From NCBI GenBank assembly GCA_030390025.1, contig CM059431.1, positions 154,196,001 to 154,260,000 on the forward strand: a DNA stretch of 64,000 nt, written 5' to 3'. Position numbers and translations under genes: made by a program. A model generated the notes under the pieces. It was not told the DNA's origin and ran no database searches. It worked only from the letters and a program-made list of their open reading frames with translations. This document shows positions 61,960 to 64,000 of the stretch, piece by piece; the stretch's first letter is position 1, and each line of letters begins with the position of its first letter. The DNA comes from Squalus acanthias (taxonomy: Eukaryota).

Positions 61960-64000
61960 TAGAATATAATCATAGAATCATACAGCACAGAATGAGGTTA
62001 TTCGGTCCATCACACCTATTTCGGCTCTTTGAAAGAGCTGTCTAATAAAGTGCCATGCCCCAGATATTTCCGCATAACCCTGCAAATGAGTTCTCTTCAA
62101 GTACGTGTCCAATTGTCTGTTAAAAGTTCCTATGGAATCTGCTTCCAACACCCTTTCAAGTAATGCAATCCAGCTCTTAACAATTTCCTTTATGAATTAT
62201 TTTAAATGTATGACCTCCAGTTACCTACAGACATGCCAGAGCAAATTTTTTCTCTCTACCTGCTCTATCAAAACCCTCATGATTTCGAATACCTCTATTA
62301 GGTTGCTCCTTACCATTCTCTGCTCTAAGGAGAACCATCCAACCTTCTCCAATCTCCACATAACTGAAGTCGCTCATCAGTGGTATCATCCTGGTATGCC
62401 CCTTTTTGTACACTCTCCAGACCTTTGACATCCTTTCTAAAGTTTGCTCCCCAGAATTGTACAAAATACAAAATATTCCAGCTGAGGCCAAACCACTGAC
62501 TTCCTTGTTTGTGTATTCAATGCCTTTATTTACAAAGCCAGGTATCCCATACGGTTTTTAATCACCTGCTCAATTTGCCCTGCCACCTTCAAATATCTTT
62601 GAATATGCAACACAGGTCCCTCTGCTCTTGCACCTCTTTAAATAAATACCATTTCGATTATACTGCCTCGCCATTTTGTTTCTCCCAAAGTGCATCACTT
62701 CACAGTTAAATGTATGACATTTAATAGCCTCTGTCATATAGAAACATAGAATCTAGGAGCAGGAGTAGGCCATTCGGCCCGTCGAGCCTACTCCGCCATT
62801 CAATACGATCATGGCTGATCACCCAAATCCAGTACCCTGTCCCTGCTTTAATCCCCACAGTACACATATCCCACCCTACCCCCGTAACCCCACGTATTTA
62901 ATTCCCCCTAACATATCCCAATATCTCCACATATTTAATCCCCCCTAACACTAAGGGTCAATTTATCATAGCCAAATCAACCTAACCCACACATTTTTGG
63001 ACAGTGGGAGGAAACCGGAGCACCCGGAGGAAACCCACGCAGACACGGGGAGAATGTGCAAACTCCACACAGACAGTCACCCGAAGTCAGATTCGAACCC
63101 GGGTCTCTGGCGCTGTGAGGCACCAGTGCTAACCACTATACCACCGTGTCTACCCATTTCACCAGTCTGTTTTCATGCTCCTGAAGTCCACTGCTATCAT
63201 GTTAACTATTTACTACGTTTCCCAGTTTTTTATCGGCCGCAATTTATATATTAACAGAAAAGCAATGTTCCTAATTTCGACAATTGTCGCACCCCACTGC
63301 ATACTTATCTACAGTCAGAAAATAAACATTATTTCAATAATAATCTCCGCCTCTTATCCCTCAGCTAATTTGGTACCCAAGTTTCCACCCTCCTTGAAAT
63401 ACTGAGTGCTCCTATTTTCCGAATAAGTCTGATACGAGGTTCTTCAGCAAATGCCTTTTGAATGTCCAGAGATACAACATCTACTGCACTACCTTCATCA
63501 GCCCTCTGTGTTAATTCATCAAAGAACTTAATCAGGTTAGTCAGACACGATTTGCCTTTAACAAATCCGTGCTGGCTGTCCCTTATTAACCCATGCTTCC
63601 CGAAGTAAGAATTAATGTCCTTTCCCCCGGTCTTTAGTTGTATTCCCAACACTGAAGTTGACTGACTGAACTGATTTACCCTTCTCACATTTTTGAACAA
63701 GGATGCAACGTTTTTGCAATCCGATAACCATCTGGCACCTCTCCAATTTAAAGATGACGGTTAGTGCTATTGCTAACTCACTCCTAGGTCCCGTCAACAA
63801 GCTGGGATGCATCCCATCTCGACCCGCTGAATTTCTGATTTTAAGTGATGCCACCGCATTTCTACCTACCTTTATCCTATCCAATAGCCTATCTAATAGC
63901 AAGAGAGCTCGCTCGTCTGCTCCACCATTATCTTGTTCCTCCTCTTTTGTGAAGACAGATGCAAAGTACTCATTCAGACCACCTTCTGATTCCTGAGGAC
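61960..64000 (-). mobile_element. Old CR1 fragments (3' tail and RT), interrupted by a SINE
   Basis: Tail catagaatcatacagcacag; SQHGFVKGKSCLTNL..FFDE…LDIQKAF. Confidence 0.8.
62737..63147 (-). mobile_element. Full-length HE1-type V-SINE (tRNA head, V-domain, CR1-derived tail)
   Basis: Minus strand: A box TGGTATAGTGG, B box GGTTCGAATC, V-domain, tail ending ttctatgtttc. Confidence 0.92.

Overview
Eukaryotic, almost entirely transposon-derived window. The repeat content (CR1 LINEs with (CATAGAAA)n tails, an HE1-type V-SINE, Penelope elements, a tRNA-headed LINE) points to a cartilaginous fish; this is an inference. I see no intact host protein-coding gene. The main element is a decayed but complete ~16.2 kb provirus on the minus strand (42381-58621). 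It has two ~1.49 kb LTRs, a tRNA-Arg-like PBS, a gag with an N-terminal coiled coil and a CCHC knuckle, and a pol of PR-RT(YVDD)-tether-RNase H-IN. Its env has a signal peptide, an RQRR furin site and a Cys-rich ectodomain resembling paramyxovirus/baculovirus F-type fusogens rather than retroviral SU/TM, which fits a lokiretrovirus-like lineage. Also present: a two-gene Harbinger transposon nested in a CR1, a Penelope with inverted terminal copies and minimal hammerhead motifs, a hammerhead-only mini-insertion, a ~3.3 kb degenerate AAACATAGG satellite, a probable solo LTR, a tRNA-Ser pseudogene, and an inverted ~1.5 kb paralogous non-TE block carrying a conserved promoter/first-exon-like signature. 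All coordinates and identities were read by eye.
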